A stretch of 63,740 nt of DNA, counting the filler, from Octopus bimaculoides (taxonomy: Eukaryota), in assembly GCF_001194135.2 (NCBI RefSeq). It is 8 parts of 6 records of this genome, joined end to end, with 100 filler letters (N's around TTAATTAATTAA, not from the genome) between each part and the next. Parts side by side here need not be neighbours in the genome. Positions count along the whole stretch, not along the records: positions 17,409 to 36,557 come from NC_068996.1; positions 36,658 to 40,681 come from NC_068994.1; positions 40,782 to 52,057 come from NC_069005.1; 5 more parts are not named here. One strand, given 5' to 3'. The notes below the pieces were generated by a model. The model saw nothing but the letters and a program-made list of their open reading frames with translations, was not told the origin of the DNA and did no database searches. Of the stretch, positions 25,703-41,680 are shown in pieces. Position numbers and translations under genes: made by a program. The stretch's first letter is position 1, and each line of letters starts with the position of its first letter.

Positions 25703-25877
25703 CAGGAAGAGCTTCTTTCAGTTTCCGTCAACAAAATCCACTCACAAGGATTTTTTTTTGTCCTAAGTCTGTAGTAGAGGACATTTGCTCAAGGTGCCAC
25801 GCAATGGAACTGAACCTGGATCATTGTGGTTGGGAAGCAAGCTTCTTACCACACAGCCACGCGTGCGCCCCTACCTC

Positions 25878-25912
<35 letters not shown>

Positions 25913-26602
25913 TGTATGTATGTATGTATNNNNNNNNNNATGTATGTATGTATGTATGTATGTATGTATGTATGTATGTATGCATGTATGTAAACAAAAA
26001 GCTGTAGGGAAAATTATATGAAACAAATGATGTGAAATAACTGAAATAAATTTCGGAAAAAAGATAAATACTAAAACGACACATTGAAAAGAGAGAACAG
26101 AAACGTAAAACTTTAAAAAGAGACGAAACAAGACGAAGAAAATGCAAAAAATATATATATAAAATAAAACAATATACCTCGAAAATACCTGAACAAGGAA
26201 ATTGAATAGCAAAAATCAGAAACACAGACATACTAAAAGAAAGTTAGAAGAAAACATGAAAGGCAATAAGAAAGAAAAGGAGAAAAATGATATTTATTTA
26301 TATTTTTTATGCTTCTTTATCCTTCCTCCTTCTTTGTGCAGCTTACTTAAATATCTACCGGTAATACAAATACAAAGTTCTACCAACGTTTCTGTAATGT
26401 CTGTTGTGTATGTGTGTGTGTATATATATGTATATATATATATATGTCTGTTTTTAATCAGGGTCAAACGAGACGCCTATTCAGTTCGAAGCACGTAACT
26501 GCATTCCTTGATGTCGCCAGATTTCCAGTCAGGTAATAAGTATGGCGTCCTACTGCTTTACAATCACCTAAGCTCTCTCTCTCTCTCTCTCTCTCTCACT
26601 CA

Positions 26603-26647
<45 letters not shown>

Positions 26648-26914
26648 NNNNNNNNNNNNNNNNNNNNNNNNNNNNNNNNNNNNNNNNNATATGCATATAT
26701 ATATATATATATATATATATGCATATACGGTCGCAGGCATGGATGTGTTGTAAGAAGCTTGCTTTCCAACCACAAAGTTCCAGGTTCAGTTCTACTGCGT
26801 TGAATCTTGGGCACATGTCTTCTCCTATAGTCTCGTACCAACTAAAGCCTTGTCAACGGATTTGTAAGACGCAAACTTAAAGAAGCCCGTCGTATACATA
26901 CATACATACATACA

Positions 26915-26957
<43 letters not shown>

Positions 26958-27948
26958 ATATATATATATATACATATACGTGTGTGTGTGTGTGACCGTT
27001 GCCGAACCGCTAAACTACGGGGACGTAAACACACCAACACCGGTTGACAAGCGGTGGTGGGGGACAAACACAAAGACAAAAAGACACACTTACACACGCT
27101 CCCATACGCACAACAGGCTCACATAATTTTACGCTCACCCACACGTACATTCAAATGCGCTCGCCCCCATTTACACATATACGCTCAGACAGACACGCGC
27201 TTGTGCACTTCAGTTCAGCCGGGTCACCGTTATTATCTCCCCTTCACTCAGCCTCTTTCTTCCAGTCATTTCATCATGACAAATCGGGCAGGACAAAGAA
27301 ATGAAGGATCTCTTCAGTTAGGCTTTCAGCTTTTGAAATTCTAAAATTAAGTGAGAATTCTCTTCATGCAAAATCTGATTTTGTTATTTACTTGTTCCAG
27401 AAAAGTTTTAGGAAAATGTTACCGAGGATTATATCTTGATTGTTTTTATCCAATCAGACTTGGAACCTGGCCATTTTGTGCATGATGATATTATGACGAC
27501 GGACCTTTTGTGTTTATCTTTCACTTTTGAAGTTTTAAAATGAAATGAAATTTTTTAACTTTGGTATGCTAATGTAACTTTTCGCGCTGAATCTGCTGTT
27601 ATTAATTTGTTTCAGTCAAAAGTTTAAAACAATGTTACAGAGGGTTAAGGTTTGATTATTTTTACCCAATCACTAAACAGGACTTGGAAGCCGGCATTTT
27701 CTGCATGATAACTCTTATTAAACAAAATGAATGCAATCCATTAATTACGACGATGAAAGTTGGAAGAAATTTTGAAGTTTAATTAGTTTAATAAAATCAT
27801 GTGAAACGCTGGAACATGCAATATAAAAAGGAAAAATCATCAACAATTTTTTTTTATTTTTGTCTTCGAAAAATTATTAAAAAATCAATAGTTCTGTTCA
27901 TGTAAGCAATTAATAGCAGAAATCTAAAAGTGAACGTTTGCAATGCAC

Positions 27949-28030
27949 TAGGGTTAGGTTTAGGGTTTCGGTTTGTGTTAGGGTTGGGATTTAGGGTTAG
28001 AATTAGGGTTTAAGGTAGGCGTTCAGGGTT
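27949..28030 (+). repeat. Degenerate TTAGGG-like tract
   Basis: About four exact TTAGGG units plus variants (TAGGGT, CAGGGT). Confidence 0.6.
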
Positions 28031-28617
28031 AATCAATTAGTAGCATATTTTTAGTGAACATTTTTCGAAAAAAATTTCTGGATTAAGTGAATAACGAAAT
28101 CAGATTCAGTGTGAAAAATTACATCAATATACTAAAATTTGAAAAAACAATTGATAACCTTTTTTTTCGTAGTTTGGTTTGTTACTATGGAAATAGGTAC
28201 TAATGTGCGTGTGGCTTACCATTGCCTAAAATTACCTAAAATTTGCAAACTTTAAAAGCTATTGACTTTTTATTTATTGATTTTATTTATTTATTCATTT
28301 ATTTTATTTATTGATTTCGTTTCCGTAAATAGCATGCAAAACTATACCAATGCACCAAACTGAATTGGAACAAAATTAAAAGAATTGAAAAGTGAAAGAC
28401 AAACAAAAGAGGTCTGAAATGAATCTGCCAACACAGTCTGCGGTAAAATTTTGATGTTGTTTGTCTTGAAACAACTGCAACAACAGCAACAATGACAACC
28501 ACTGTCAAAAACAGTAACAACTAGAACGTTGGCATCGCAACGAAATTTAGTGAAAATTTCCCAAGTTTTTTAAGTCCAAGGAAAGCAAACCGCAACGACA
28601 ACGGCATCAATTAAATA

Positions 28618-28829
28618 CATGAGCAAGCCGGCAGCTATCATTTTACGCCGGTTACCGTCGAGACATCAGGTGTTCTAGGACCCCATATAACCGATTTCCT
28701 CCGCAATAACGGATAACGGCGGCACGTCGGAGAAATGAGCCCCACGAGCTGGAGTGGTTCCTGTGGTGAATGTCGCTGGCCACTCTCCGCGGCAACGCCA
28801 TCGCGGTCATTACTGTGGGGCGCGACTGA
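28618..28829 (+). mobile_element. CRE-clade non-LTR retrotransposon RLE/C-terminal relic
   Basis: YHFTPVTVETSGVLGPHITDFLR..ELEWFLW*MSLATLRGNAIAVI matches the FxPxAVETxGxxG..SLAxQRGNA pattern of CRE-type elements. Confidence 0.7.
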
Positions 28830-30669
28830 GCACTTCACTTTTTCTGGAATATGCGGCTCATCACCTCACTCCATCTTCCGTTGCTTTACCCCTACACTTT
28901 TTCCTTTTCTTTCTTTTCCTTTCTTATCTCTCTTCTTTCCTGTTTCTTAACACAAATCTTGTTTTCCATCTAAGTCGCTCGTTCACTATGATAGTCAGGT
29001 GCAGCAGCACAAGCATCACGTAAAACATTTTCACAAAAAAAAATCAACAAAAGGTAGCTCTATTTTCAGGGACTGCACAAAAATAATTGAAGATATACGC
29101 ATGGAGGATAAATATGCTGACTTAAGAGGAGCCTAAAAGCACATCACAGTAGATTAAAATTAAACTCCAGGCCCCTTGGAAGAAAATAATATAAAATACA
29201 GGTTTGCATCAATTTAATAACGGGTGATATAAAATGGTCATACACGCGCCTATATAAAAGACTGTTATTTTATACTAGTTTTGTTACTCAAGGTAGGCAA
29301 GTTTGGAGCGTCAAAATTAGATACCACTATGGAACATATGTACAGACGTATTCTATTATTTGAGCAAGAATGAAGATTTTTGCCCCTCTTTCCAACGTAC
29401 TTAGACAAAAGTTAAAAATTTAGTGTGTGCCGTCAAAAATGGGCATTTGGTGGTACAGGTTGCTCCAGAGGGAATTGATTCCTGTTTAGAAATTTATAAG
29501 TGCAATCGGGAAAACTGATCTGCGATTGGGTCAGTCTTCCTGACCACAGAATTTATTAAATGAGAAAACTTGGTAAAATTTCCGGGTCTTATAAAATTCC
29601 CTAACGGATAATCAGTTACATATTATGATGGAACAGAGAAAACCTAGATGCTGTGTATATGACAGCACTAACCATTTGGAAGTCATCTTCGCACAACAAA
29701 GGCGAATACAAGGAAGATACGTGCTTCTGCAAACCTCACTGGAAAACCAACATAAACAACAACAATAACTACAGTTGCAGCCGCAAGCAGTAGAAACAAA
29801 ATAAACAACACTAACAACAGTAAAACCGAAATAACTTTTAAAGAAGCTACCCTATAGTAAGTAAATAATAAGCCAAGCTGTTGTGTATTCTACTTTGTTG
29901 CCATAATGTGTAACCTTTCGTATATGATGAAAAAATTGAAAACCGAGGAGGATACGGTTGATCAGGCAGACCTATGATCGAAAGGTGCATTCTAATGCTG
30001 AACGCCCCACAGTTATAGACTTATGTAAGACTACCATAATCTAGCATGTCCTTTCTCGTTTTATCACGTTAGGGTGTTCTTTGAGATGAGATTTGGCTGC
30101 TTTTCCAGCACTTCTATCGAACTGTGAACATTCAGTTTCATTTTTTTTAATAAGTTTTCGCATGACATGCCTTATCTAACATTTCAGATGAATTTATTCA
30201 TTAAAACTTATAAAAACTTCTATCGTTGAATGTTTTGCTATTGTGATGTTGTCATCAGTCATGATGCACAAAACGCCAACTTCTAAATCCTGCTTTGTAA
30301 TTGGGTAAAAATTGCCAAACTTAAAACCACTGTAACATTGTTCTAAAATGTTTCTGGAACACATAAATAACAACGTCAGATTCAGCGTGAAAAATTAAAT
30401 CAATATACCAAATTTGGAAATTTTCACTTAATTTTAAAATTTCAAAACTGATGCCAAAAAGAAAAGATTCGTCGACATCCACTTGTTAAAGGAAAGCAAC
30501 GCTGTCTGTTTGTTGATCTGATGGTAATTTAAATAGAATTTGGAGGCTTCGATTTATGGATTACAAGATGCCATATTGCTGACTTCTAAAGTATGTGCCA
30601 CACCCCAGCTGGAGTAAAGCTGCCTTGCTTAAAATTGGATGGCATTGCATCATCTAATTGCAGCTAGAT

Positions 30670-30983
30670 CAGTGTTTCCTAAGCTATTTTCCTTCAGGCC
30701 CCACTATGAGTTTCAAAGAAAATTATCCCCCACTGGTGGCTGCAAAAAACAAAAAACAAAATAAAAACAATTTCTTAAAATATTCTCTCACAATTATTTA
30801 ATATAAAAGAATCTACCGGTAACTCTTTTAAGTAGTGTGTACATAAAAAAGTAGATTATCGACTAAGAAAAAATGTGAACCACATTAATGAGAGCCTTGT
30901 GCCTGGCGAGTACAGCACCATGCCCCACCACAAGTTTCCCAGATCACATCGGTGAGGCGTACGCCCAACTTTGGCAATCACTG
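30670..30983. mobile_element. hAT (Charlie-type) MITE, 314 bp
   Basis: TIRs CAGTGTTTCCTAAG / CTTTGGCAATCACTG. 8-bp TSD AGCTAGAT / AGCTAGAG with central CTAG. Confidence 0.85.
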
Positions 30984-31287
30984 AGCTAGAGTGTCCGAAA
31001 TATTAACTGTTGTACGTATTTCTTAGTTGTTGAATCTCCACCTCCACATCATGCTACACAATTAGATTTGATAGCAGGAGGTTAAACACAACGTCCTAGG
31101 GGATATTTGTTCAGTACTCCATCGAAAGAATCGTCAAACAAGACAAAAAGAAAAAAGAAAAATGAAATGAAAAAGAAACAATTATGGAGTGTCGAATTAA
31201 GTAAATGTGTATAACTCGAAAATTAGTGAGACAGATTTTGTCCATAACCGTTGAATGTAGTGCCTTTAATAATAGTAATAATAAATG

Positions 31288-33570
<2,283 letters not shown>

Positions 33571-33580
33571 TGATAATAAC

Positions 33581-33639
<59 letters not shown>

Positions 33640-33640
33640 T

Positions 33641-33736
<96 letters not shown>

Positions 33737-33819
33737 AAGAAGAAGAAGAAGAAGAAGAAGAAGAAGAAGAAGAAGAAGAAGAAGAAGAAGAAGAAGAAGA
33801 AGGAGAAGAAGAAGAAGAA

Positions 33820-35145
33820 GACGACGTTTAGGGACAATAGAAATCAGGAGAGGAATCTTCCAAAGGGACTGCCTCTCCCCACTGTGCATGATACCACTAA
33901 CACTGATTCTGAGGATAACAAGGACAGGGTATGTATTAGAAAGCCGCCGACAAAAAGTCAACTTGTTATTCGTTGATGACCTCAAACTTTATGGTAAAAA
34001 TGAATCCCAAGTTAGTTCCCTCGTTGATACGGTGTATACGTTTAGTGCTGATATCAGAATGGAGTTCAGACTGAAAAAATGTGGTGTGTTAGTCTTGAAG
34101 AGAGGCAAAATCAAATGCATGGACGGGCTAACGATATCGTCGGGGGAGGTTATGAAGCAGATAGAAGAGACGGGCGATAAGTTGGAATATTAGAAATGGA
34201 TAAATTGATGAAGAAAGAAATGACAGAAAAATTTAACGTTGAGTACTTGCGCAGACTGAGAGTGATCCTTAAGTCAAAATTAAACGAACGGAATAAGATT
34301 GAAGCTATCAACACCTGGGTGGTTTCACTACTTATATATGGAGGAGGGGTAATCGCATGGACAGTAGATGAACTAAATAGCTTAGACACAAAGACAAGGC
34401 AGTTGCTGACTAGATATGCGATACTCCACTCAAAAAATGACACGGGCAGACTGTATGTACCAAGAAAAAGAGGGAAACGAGGACTGATTGGATGCGAACA
34501 CAGCATTAAAGCAGAAGAAAACAACATAGCATGGTATGTAAAAAAACGCACAGAACCACTATTAGTGGAAGTAAGAAGGTCAGGCTTGTTTAGGATGGAA
34601 GATTGAAAAGGTAAAGCGCTGTACAAGGACTTGAAAATAACTGAAACTGAAAATAGCTGGATTAAGAAAAGAATGTATGGACAGTTTCATAGGGATGTTG
34701 AAGATAAGACAGAGAAAAAAGATGGCTGTGGATGACTAAAAGGGATTTAAAACCGGAATAGGGAGGCTCTAATCTGTGCTACCCAAGAACAAGCACTAAG
34801 TATAAATTACATAAAATACAGAATAGACAACACCTCAGAAAGTGATAAGTGCAGAATTTGTGGAGAAAATGGTAAAACTGTATGGCATACTAACAGTCAA
34901 TGTAAATCACTCCACTAGCCCAGGATAAGAAGTTGTAATCGATGAAAACGGTGGTAGAAGTACCAACAATCGTCGAAGCCCGGGGAACAGTGAGTAAAAA
35001 CCTTGAGATGTAGATTGAACAAATAAGGGCTGCAATAAAGGTGGAGCACTTGCAGAAAATAAGAGGTGTTACCTTAGTTCACTGGTAGTAAACAGGTGGC
35101 ACCGTAGTACATCTTCAGCGTTAGAAGCTGTGCAAAGACAATAAA
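33820..35145 (+). mobile_element. R4/Dong-like LINE fragment, RT domain to 3' end, with the RLE partly deleted
   Basis: RGIFQRDCLSP, LLFVDDLKLY, KKCGVLVLKRG, EYLRRLRVILKSKLNERNKIEAINTW, DTGRLYVPRKRGKRGL. Same family as 13572-14445; ends in (TAA)n. Confidence 0.9.
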
Positions 35146-35253
35146 TAATAATANNNNNNNNNNNNNNNNNNNNNNNNNNNNNNNNNNNNNNNNNNNNNNN
35201 NNNNNNNNNNNNNNNNNNNNNNNNNNNNNNNNNNNNNNNNNNNNNNNNNNNNN

Positions 35254-36130
35254 CGACACAGAAGAGGCTGGACTGGCCTACATAAACAGAAGCTTGGAAG
35301 AGATACAAGCATCATACCAGCAAAAAGCATTGCATGGGTGCATATCCCGTAAGCTTGAGGGCAACAACAGCGTTGAAAAAAGAGTATCCTGGACTTGTGA
35401 TAGATACATTTCAGCCCACCTAGAACGATAAGCCTTCGTTATCCAGGAACAGGAGACAGATACACTAAATACCTGGTAAACAAGAGGGACAAAGATACTA
35501 TCAAACCTCTACGCTGTAATAGAAAATGTCGGTTCTGCTATATCATGTGGAAGATGGCACCTACATCATCAACGATTGTCCCAAAATGTCTACGAGAGTC
35601 TACCTGCTCCTAAGGTATGACATAACAGCAAAGAATATTTATAATGCTATCCTTAGGAAGGACTACTCTGACGCATTCATCAATGTATGTCAGGACTATC
35701 AAGTATTCACTCCTTTAAAAAGAAGGAATTCTTGTGGAATACCCCAAGAAAAAACAACAATTCGGTGCAAACGTAACAGACCTGATATCGTCCTGTGGGA
35801 CAAGGAAAAAAGTCATGTACTATTGTAGAGATCAGCTGCCGAACGGATGTGAATATACAATCAAAAGCTCAGGACAAAGAGAATATTCATAGCGAATTAA
35901 TGCGGATCTTACTGCTCTTGGGCTCTGACTATAAATTCTCATTTGTATCTATCATCACAGGTGCATTAGATTATGCAACAAATTTTCACGGAAACCAAGA
36001 AATACTCGGCTTCAGGGAGAAAGAACAGGAGAAACTAATGCGGATTTTCCAAATCCGATCTAGAGTGAAGATTGCAAGACTTCCCAAAAAATCTCCAACT
36101 GAGATTTTTATGTGAATACATGCAGACGGG
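35254..36130 (+). mobile_element. R4-like RLE LINE 3' fragment (same family at 47225-47665)
   Basis: QEQETDT, KCRFC..VEDGTYIINDCP, RCKRNRPDIVLWDKEKKSCTIVEISC..DVNI..ITGALD. Confidence 0.8.
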
Positions 36131-36278
36131 TAGTCATGATGGGTATAAGGGGCTTCGTATATTTTACCCCAGTGTCACTTTGATGACATGCACTGCTCTC
36201 TCACTCAGTAATAATAATAATAATAATAACATCGAAAAATACCTTAGGAATAAGAACGCAGGTTCGAAATTTCCCCAA

Positions 36279-36325
36279 GACACCTTATGAAGGCTGGAGG
36301 GTATATCAGTCGAAACGTTGTGTTA
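36279..36325 (+). ncRNA. Minimal type I hammerhead ribozyme, core G5 mutated, in a Penelope pLTR-like repeat (36210-36545)
   Basis: GACAC-CTTATGA-A-GGCTG(GAGGGTATAT)CAGTC-GAAAC-GTT-GTGTT: stem I, stem II and a palindromic AC/GT stem III. Confidence 0.75.
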
Positions 36326-37344
36326 ATAACAAACAAAATGAGGACAGATATCCGTCAAATATAAATAATGTAGATCAATTCCTTCAAGGCAAAAATTACT
36401 AAATCTAAACCTAGAACCTCCAATAATATTACTAAAAATTCGTATATTCCTACAATTAACAAAATCAATACTAATAATAACCACAACTCTTATAATTCAA
36501 CAAAATATACGCATAACATTACTACACCACTCTCAAATACAAATAGCAATATATATANNNNNNNNNNNNNNNNNNNNNNNNNNNNNNNNNNNNNNNNNNN
36601 NTTAATTAATTAANNNNNNNNNNNNNNNNNNNNNNNNNNNNNNNNNNNNNNNNNNNNCTTGAAGAATTTTACTCAAACAATTGAACCCAGCATTTGTTTT
36701 TTCTGTTTCTTTTTAGGCCTGGTTCTTATTCTGTCATCTCTTTTGTCAAACTGGTAAGTTATTGGGGCATAAACATACCAGCACCAATTGCCAGGCAGTG
36801 GCAGGGGAAAAACAGAGATACAAAGACACACATCTACACACAGACACACACACACACACACACGCACACACACACACACACACACGTGTGCACGCATACA
36901 AATATATATACATACATACATACATACATACATAATATATATATATATTATGTAGGTAGGTAGCATAAAATTCCAGCTGTTTCCTTTTGGAGCACATCTG
37001 TTTATTTCATTATTGCAATCCAATATGTACTTGCTGTCGTTTTTGTGTAGCTGCAAAGTGCATATTAAAGTTAAAAGTTTTGGAAATATTGTTTGTAGAG
37101 TTATTGTACAACAAAACATAAAATTGGAAAATTTATTGTTAATGCTATTATAGGCTTCCACTTTAAGTGGAAGCAATATTTTCTGTTGAACATTTTTTGG
37201 TAAACTTTGAAAAGCCGTTGTAGGCTTTATTTTTGTATTGAATTAATTTCGACAGAATATGTTGGTTGAAATTATTAAAGAAAAATGCACACTCAAAGAG
37301 AGTGGTGTTAATGTTGGTGGAGGTGCCAACACTGTAAAAAATTT

Positions 37345-39205
37345 TTGGCAGTTGCCGCAGTGGCAACTGAAACCATAGAAATTCCAGTTGAAAAACTGGA
37401 AGAATATTTCGGAAGAATGAAGGAGGAGGACGGTGATATTAAGATATCACCCCACTTCAACGCCAGAGAGACAAAAAGGAAAACAGTAATGTTTAAATCT
37501 TATTGTCCACAGAATAAACATTTTAAACATTTTGAAAAAGACAAAATAGAGAAATTCCTGGCCCCTATGTGGAAGGACATTGCATACATCGAGAAGGGAA
37601 AGGCATATGCGACAATTAAAGTCAGGTTTGCAACTGAAGAGATGGCCCACGGGTGCTCCGTGAGCCCCCTGCAAACAAAGGAGGTGGTGCTTCTGCCAAC
37701 CTACATGGGGAGGCACACTTCTTGTGTAAAGATGACAGAAGTGCCACCAGATATCGACCAACATGAAGTGATGGCTGCCCTGTTGTTTAACAGGACATAA
37801 AAAATAAAAGTTTTGCAGATAACATGTTCTGCTCCCCAGAACTGTCTGGGACAGAGCATTTCAGCCATAATTCAGGGGCCACTGGAAGATATACAAATGC
37901 TTCCAGACAAGGTGCTCGTGGGTGAGAATGTGGCCCTTCAAATACAGGTGGAAGGAAAAAACCCACCTGTTATGAGTGTGGAAAGAAGGGCCACATTCGC
38001 CTTGACTGCGAAGAAAGAAAAAAGAGAGAGGAAGAAAAGAGAAAAAATGACAATCTTATACAGACACCAGGCACTACATCCGAAAAAAACAACCCCAAGC
38101 CCCAACACACACCAGCCCCCACAAAGACAAACACTCCCACTCCCTCTGTTGCAGTGCTGGCCCCCAAACAAAACAATGAAAAGACCCAGCCCCTGCACAC
38201 TCAAGTCCCTGCAAAAACAAAATTGCCCACCCCCTTGAAACCAGAGGCACCTGTTGTAGAAAAAAATACAGCTCCCCCAGACAAAACCATGGAGGTGGCT
38301 GAGAGGAAGTTCATGACAGTTCGGAAACGAACACATGCACCTTCCCCACCCATATCCCCCACAGGAAAAAGCAGCACTTCACCACAAATAACAAAAAAAG
38401 ACCCCGCTCCATCACCACAGGAAAAGAAAAAGATGAAAAAATTTTGGTAGAATACAATACTAAAAACATTTACACGGACGAAGTGATCAAAAACCATCAT
38501 ACAGCCAAAATATACCTTCAACATAGGAGTATGGACAAGAGGTGCGCTTGGATAGGGGAAACCCTATACAGGGAGCTGAAGGAGAGGCATCCAATGAACA
38601 TCAGGAAGATTATAGCCCTGTCCTGCTACTTGAAGAAGGAGGAGAAGGAAGGGACTGCTTCATGGGTGGTGAGGTCAGCCCCAACATCACCAGTTAAGGG
38701 TAAGTAGAACCCTTGCTTTTTTCCCATTGTTTTTAATGGCTGCACTCAACCTTGGATGTTTGAATGTGCATGGTCTGAGCTCGAAGTGGAAGCAAGCCTG
38801 TTTCCTTGATGACCTCAGATCACACAATATGCATATGATGGTTGCTACAGAGACCAAGCTGGATAGTCTACAAACCTTCTCGCCCCTCCTGAATGGCTAT
38901 GAGAAAATCATGTCTCCTGACCAGACAAGAGGTCGAGGTGGGGGTAGTTGTACTGATCCGAAAAGGCTTGGCTCTGCAGACAAGTACAGTCTATGTAGAC
39001 ATAGAAGGTGGGCTGGTTATCCTTGATGTGACATACAGCAGTAAGGCCTTCAGGTTGATCGGGATCTATGCACCTTGTGATAGAGGATTACACACTGATT
39101 TTTATTGGCACCTAGAGAACTTTCTCATGATGTTGAAGACATTAGTGGTGTTAGGAGACTTTAACACTATTGTTGACGCACACATCGATAGTGTTGGCTC
39201 GACTG
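37345..39205 (+). mobile_element. Tx1/L1-clade LINE, 5' half: ORF1 with CCHC knuckle and the APE domain of ORF2
   Basis: ORF1 relic with TCYECGR..GHIRLDC, ending at 38707. ORF2 starts at ATG 38736: MAALNLGCLNVHGL..ATETKL..FRLIGIYAP..VVLGDFN. Truncated at (TA)n near 39206. Confidence 0.85.
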
Positions 39206-39259
39206 GTATATATATATATATATATATATGTATATGTATATATACACACACTTATGAAT

Positions 39260-40250
39260 TTGTTTTATATGATTCCTTATGTGAAATTGTGTTTTGAAAC
39301 ATTCATCTTGCAAGATGCTACATAAGGATTTTATTGGAACAATGCCCAAGCCACTATCCACCTGTTTGTTACTATAAACAAAACAATGATGTGACTAACA
39401 TCAATGTTGTTATTATATCCAACTTTATGAAGCATGGTACAATAGCAGTCCATCTCTTCCAAAGAAAGCTGACAGATTTTCTTTGGAGCAAAGCCTTTAA
39501 TACCAACAAAATTCTCTATTTTTCAGATGGTGCTGCTTCACAACATAAAAATTGTAAGAATTTTATAAATTTTTGTTACCATTTTATAGATTTCCATACT
39601 GATGTAGAGCGGCACTTCTTTGTTATTTCTCATAACAAGAGATCTTGTAATGGCTTAGGAGGCACAATTAAATGAATGGCAGCTCAGGCAAGTTTACAAT
39701 GTCCTTTCAATGAACAAATCGTGACTCCAAGACAACTTCATGACTATGGTCAGCAAAACATTCCTGCAATTAATTTTATCTACTCCTCAAATGATGAAAT
39801 GCAGAATGAGAAAAATCTATTGAGAGAGAGATTTAGAAACAATTCCAGGGACACAGTAGTTGCATTGCTTTATCCCAAACTCACCTTCAGAAATTACGGT
39901 AAAAATGATATCTACAATTATACTAAAATTAGTATCTCCATGCAAGATGCTATTCAATTTGAGGGCATAAAAGGATTTGTAGCTGCAACCTATGATGGTG
40001 ACTGGTGGTTAGCCTGTGTTATAGAAACATACCCAGAAACTATGCAAGTAAAACTCACCTTTCTTGAACCTAAGGGACTCTCATCATCATTTCAGTATCC
40101 TAGAAAGTCAAATGTTTTAACAGTGGGTTATTTAGATATCCTTTGTAAATTTGACCCCTAGAACTGCTACAGGAAGAACATATACTTTGACAGAAAAAGA
40201 AATGAAAAATGCACCAGAGTTATTAATTTCAAGAAAATTGTCTCGTTAAA
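39260..40250 (+). mobile_element. DNA-transposon transposase relic, probably Sola-like (DDD)
   Basis: KILYFSDGAASQHKNCKNFINFCYH..HFFVISHNKRSCNGLGGTIK*MAAQASLQ.. and FVAATYDGDWWLACV. The superfamily assignment is inferred. Confidence 0.6.
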
Positions 40251-40780
40251 TTTCAAACATTTCAGAATTTCATCTAACAAGTACCTAATCATTTAAAGCA
40301 AGACAAGGGTGGGGGAGTTGGGACATGTGGTTTCATCTGCTAAGATATCAGGAGTGACCCCTTAGGCAATGGGGACGTCAACAATTTCTTTGATGATTCT
40401 AAGTGTTGGCAATGGCATTGCCACTTTTGACCATAGCAGAGCAGAAAAGTAGTTAAAGTAGATATTATTACTGAAATAATAAAAATGCTTATTTTGATTA
40501 TCAGCACTTTGTTTTCTCCATCAAGCTCAAATTATCTTGATTAGCAAGCGATTTTTGATAATTTGTCACTACTTTTCACTATGATTATATTTATTAAAAA
40601 TATTTCCCATTGAAAAGGGAATAAGAATCCATACAAATTAAAAGGTTATAGGCAAAAAGTACACGTGGAAACAGCAGGGTCNNNNNNNNNNNNNNNNNNN
40701 NNNNNNNNNNNNNNNNNNNNNNNNNTTAATTAATTAANNNNNNNNNNNNNNNNNNNNNNNNNNNNNNNNNNNNNNNNNNN

Positions 40781-41010
40781 NCTTTCTGTCAGTTTGAATG
40801 GTGAAGTTCCAGAGGAGTGCAATGTGATCATTTTCAAGTACTGGGGGTGGTTTGTGTTCCCACCAGTTTTTATCATGGGGCAAGTCCAGGTTTTTGCATA
40901 TTACCCAGTGAATATATTGTGCAGCTCTATCATGCCTGTTGAGATACTCTGTAGGAGCAAGCAGACTGCACATGGAGACAACATGATCGATGGTCTCATT
41001 TTGTTGTTGG
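40781..41010 (-). mobile_element. R4/Dong-like LINE fragment (CCHC and start of RLE)
   Basis: CQQQNETIDHVVSMCSLLAPTEYLNRHDRAAQYIHW..WWEHKPPPVLENDHIALLWNF, with (TAA)n on the element strand at its 5' side. Confidence 0.85.
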
Positions 41011-41012
41011 CA

Positions 41013-41081
<69 letters not shown>

Positions 41082-41483
41082 CATCATCATCATCATAGTA
41101 TAGATTACTGTATTTAGTGCTAATACAAACTATAGTTTTCAAAACCATGATTATTTTTAATCTTTGTCAATCTTCTATTGGTGGTATGTATATATTAGAC
41201 ACAAGAAAGACTTTTTTTTTTTGGCAAAAAACTGCATCCGGTAGCTATCTCGAGTGTTTTGTTGAGTGTTGTGTTTTCACAGCATGTTATGAAAGCCCGA
41301 ACATTAGACTTAACCTTCTATTATTTCAGGTCGATGAAATAAGTACCAATTCATCACTGGGGTCGATTCACCCTCTCCCCACGAAATTGCTGGCTTTGTG
41401 CCAAAATTTGAGACTATTATTACTTTATTCCATTCTAATTTAGTTTTATGCAAGTTATTTCATTTTCATTCTAAATTCTAAGT

Positions 41484-41680
41484 TCAAACAACTCTGAAAT
41501 GGACACCACTCGAGGGAAAGAGAAAGAGAAGAATGAAGACTATATGACAAAGAACATTCACAACTGACATGATACAGACCAATTCACATGATCGAATGAA
41601 GAAAAGGCTGCAGCTAACAGAAACCAGTGGTGTCAACTTCTTGCTTTGTATACTGGAGAGGTTGTGGACAATCATCCGGG
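41484..41680 (+). mobile_element. RTE-type LINE extreme 3' fragment
   Basis: LKWTPLEGKRKR..AAANRNQWCQL pattern. Confidence 0.5.
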
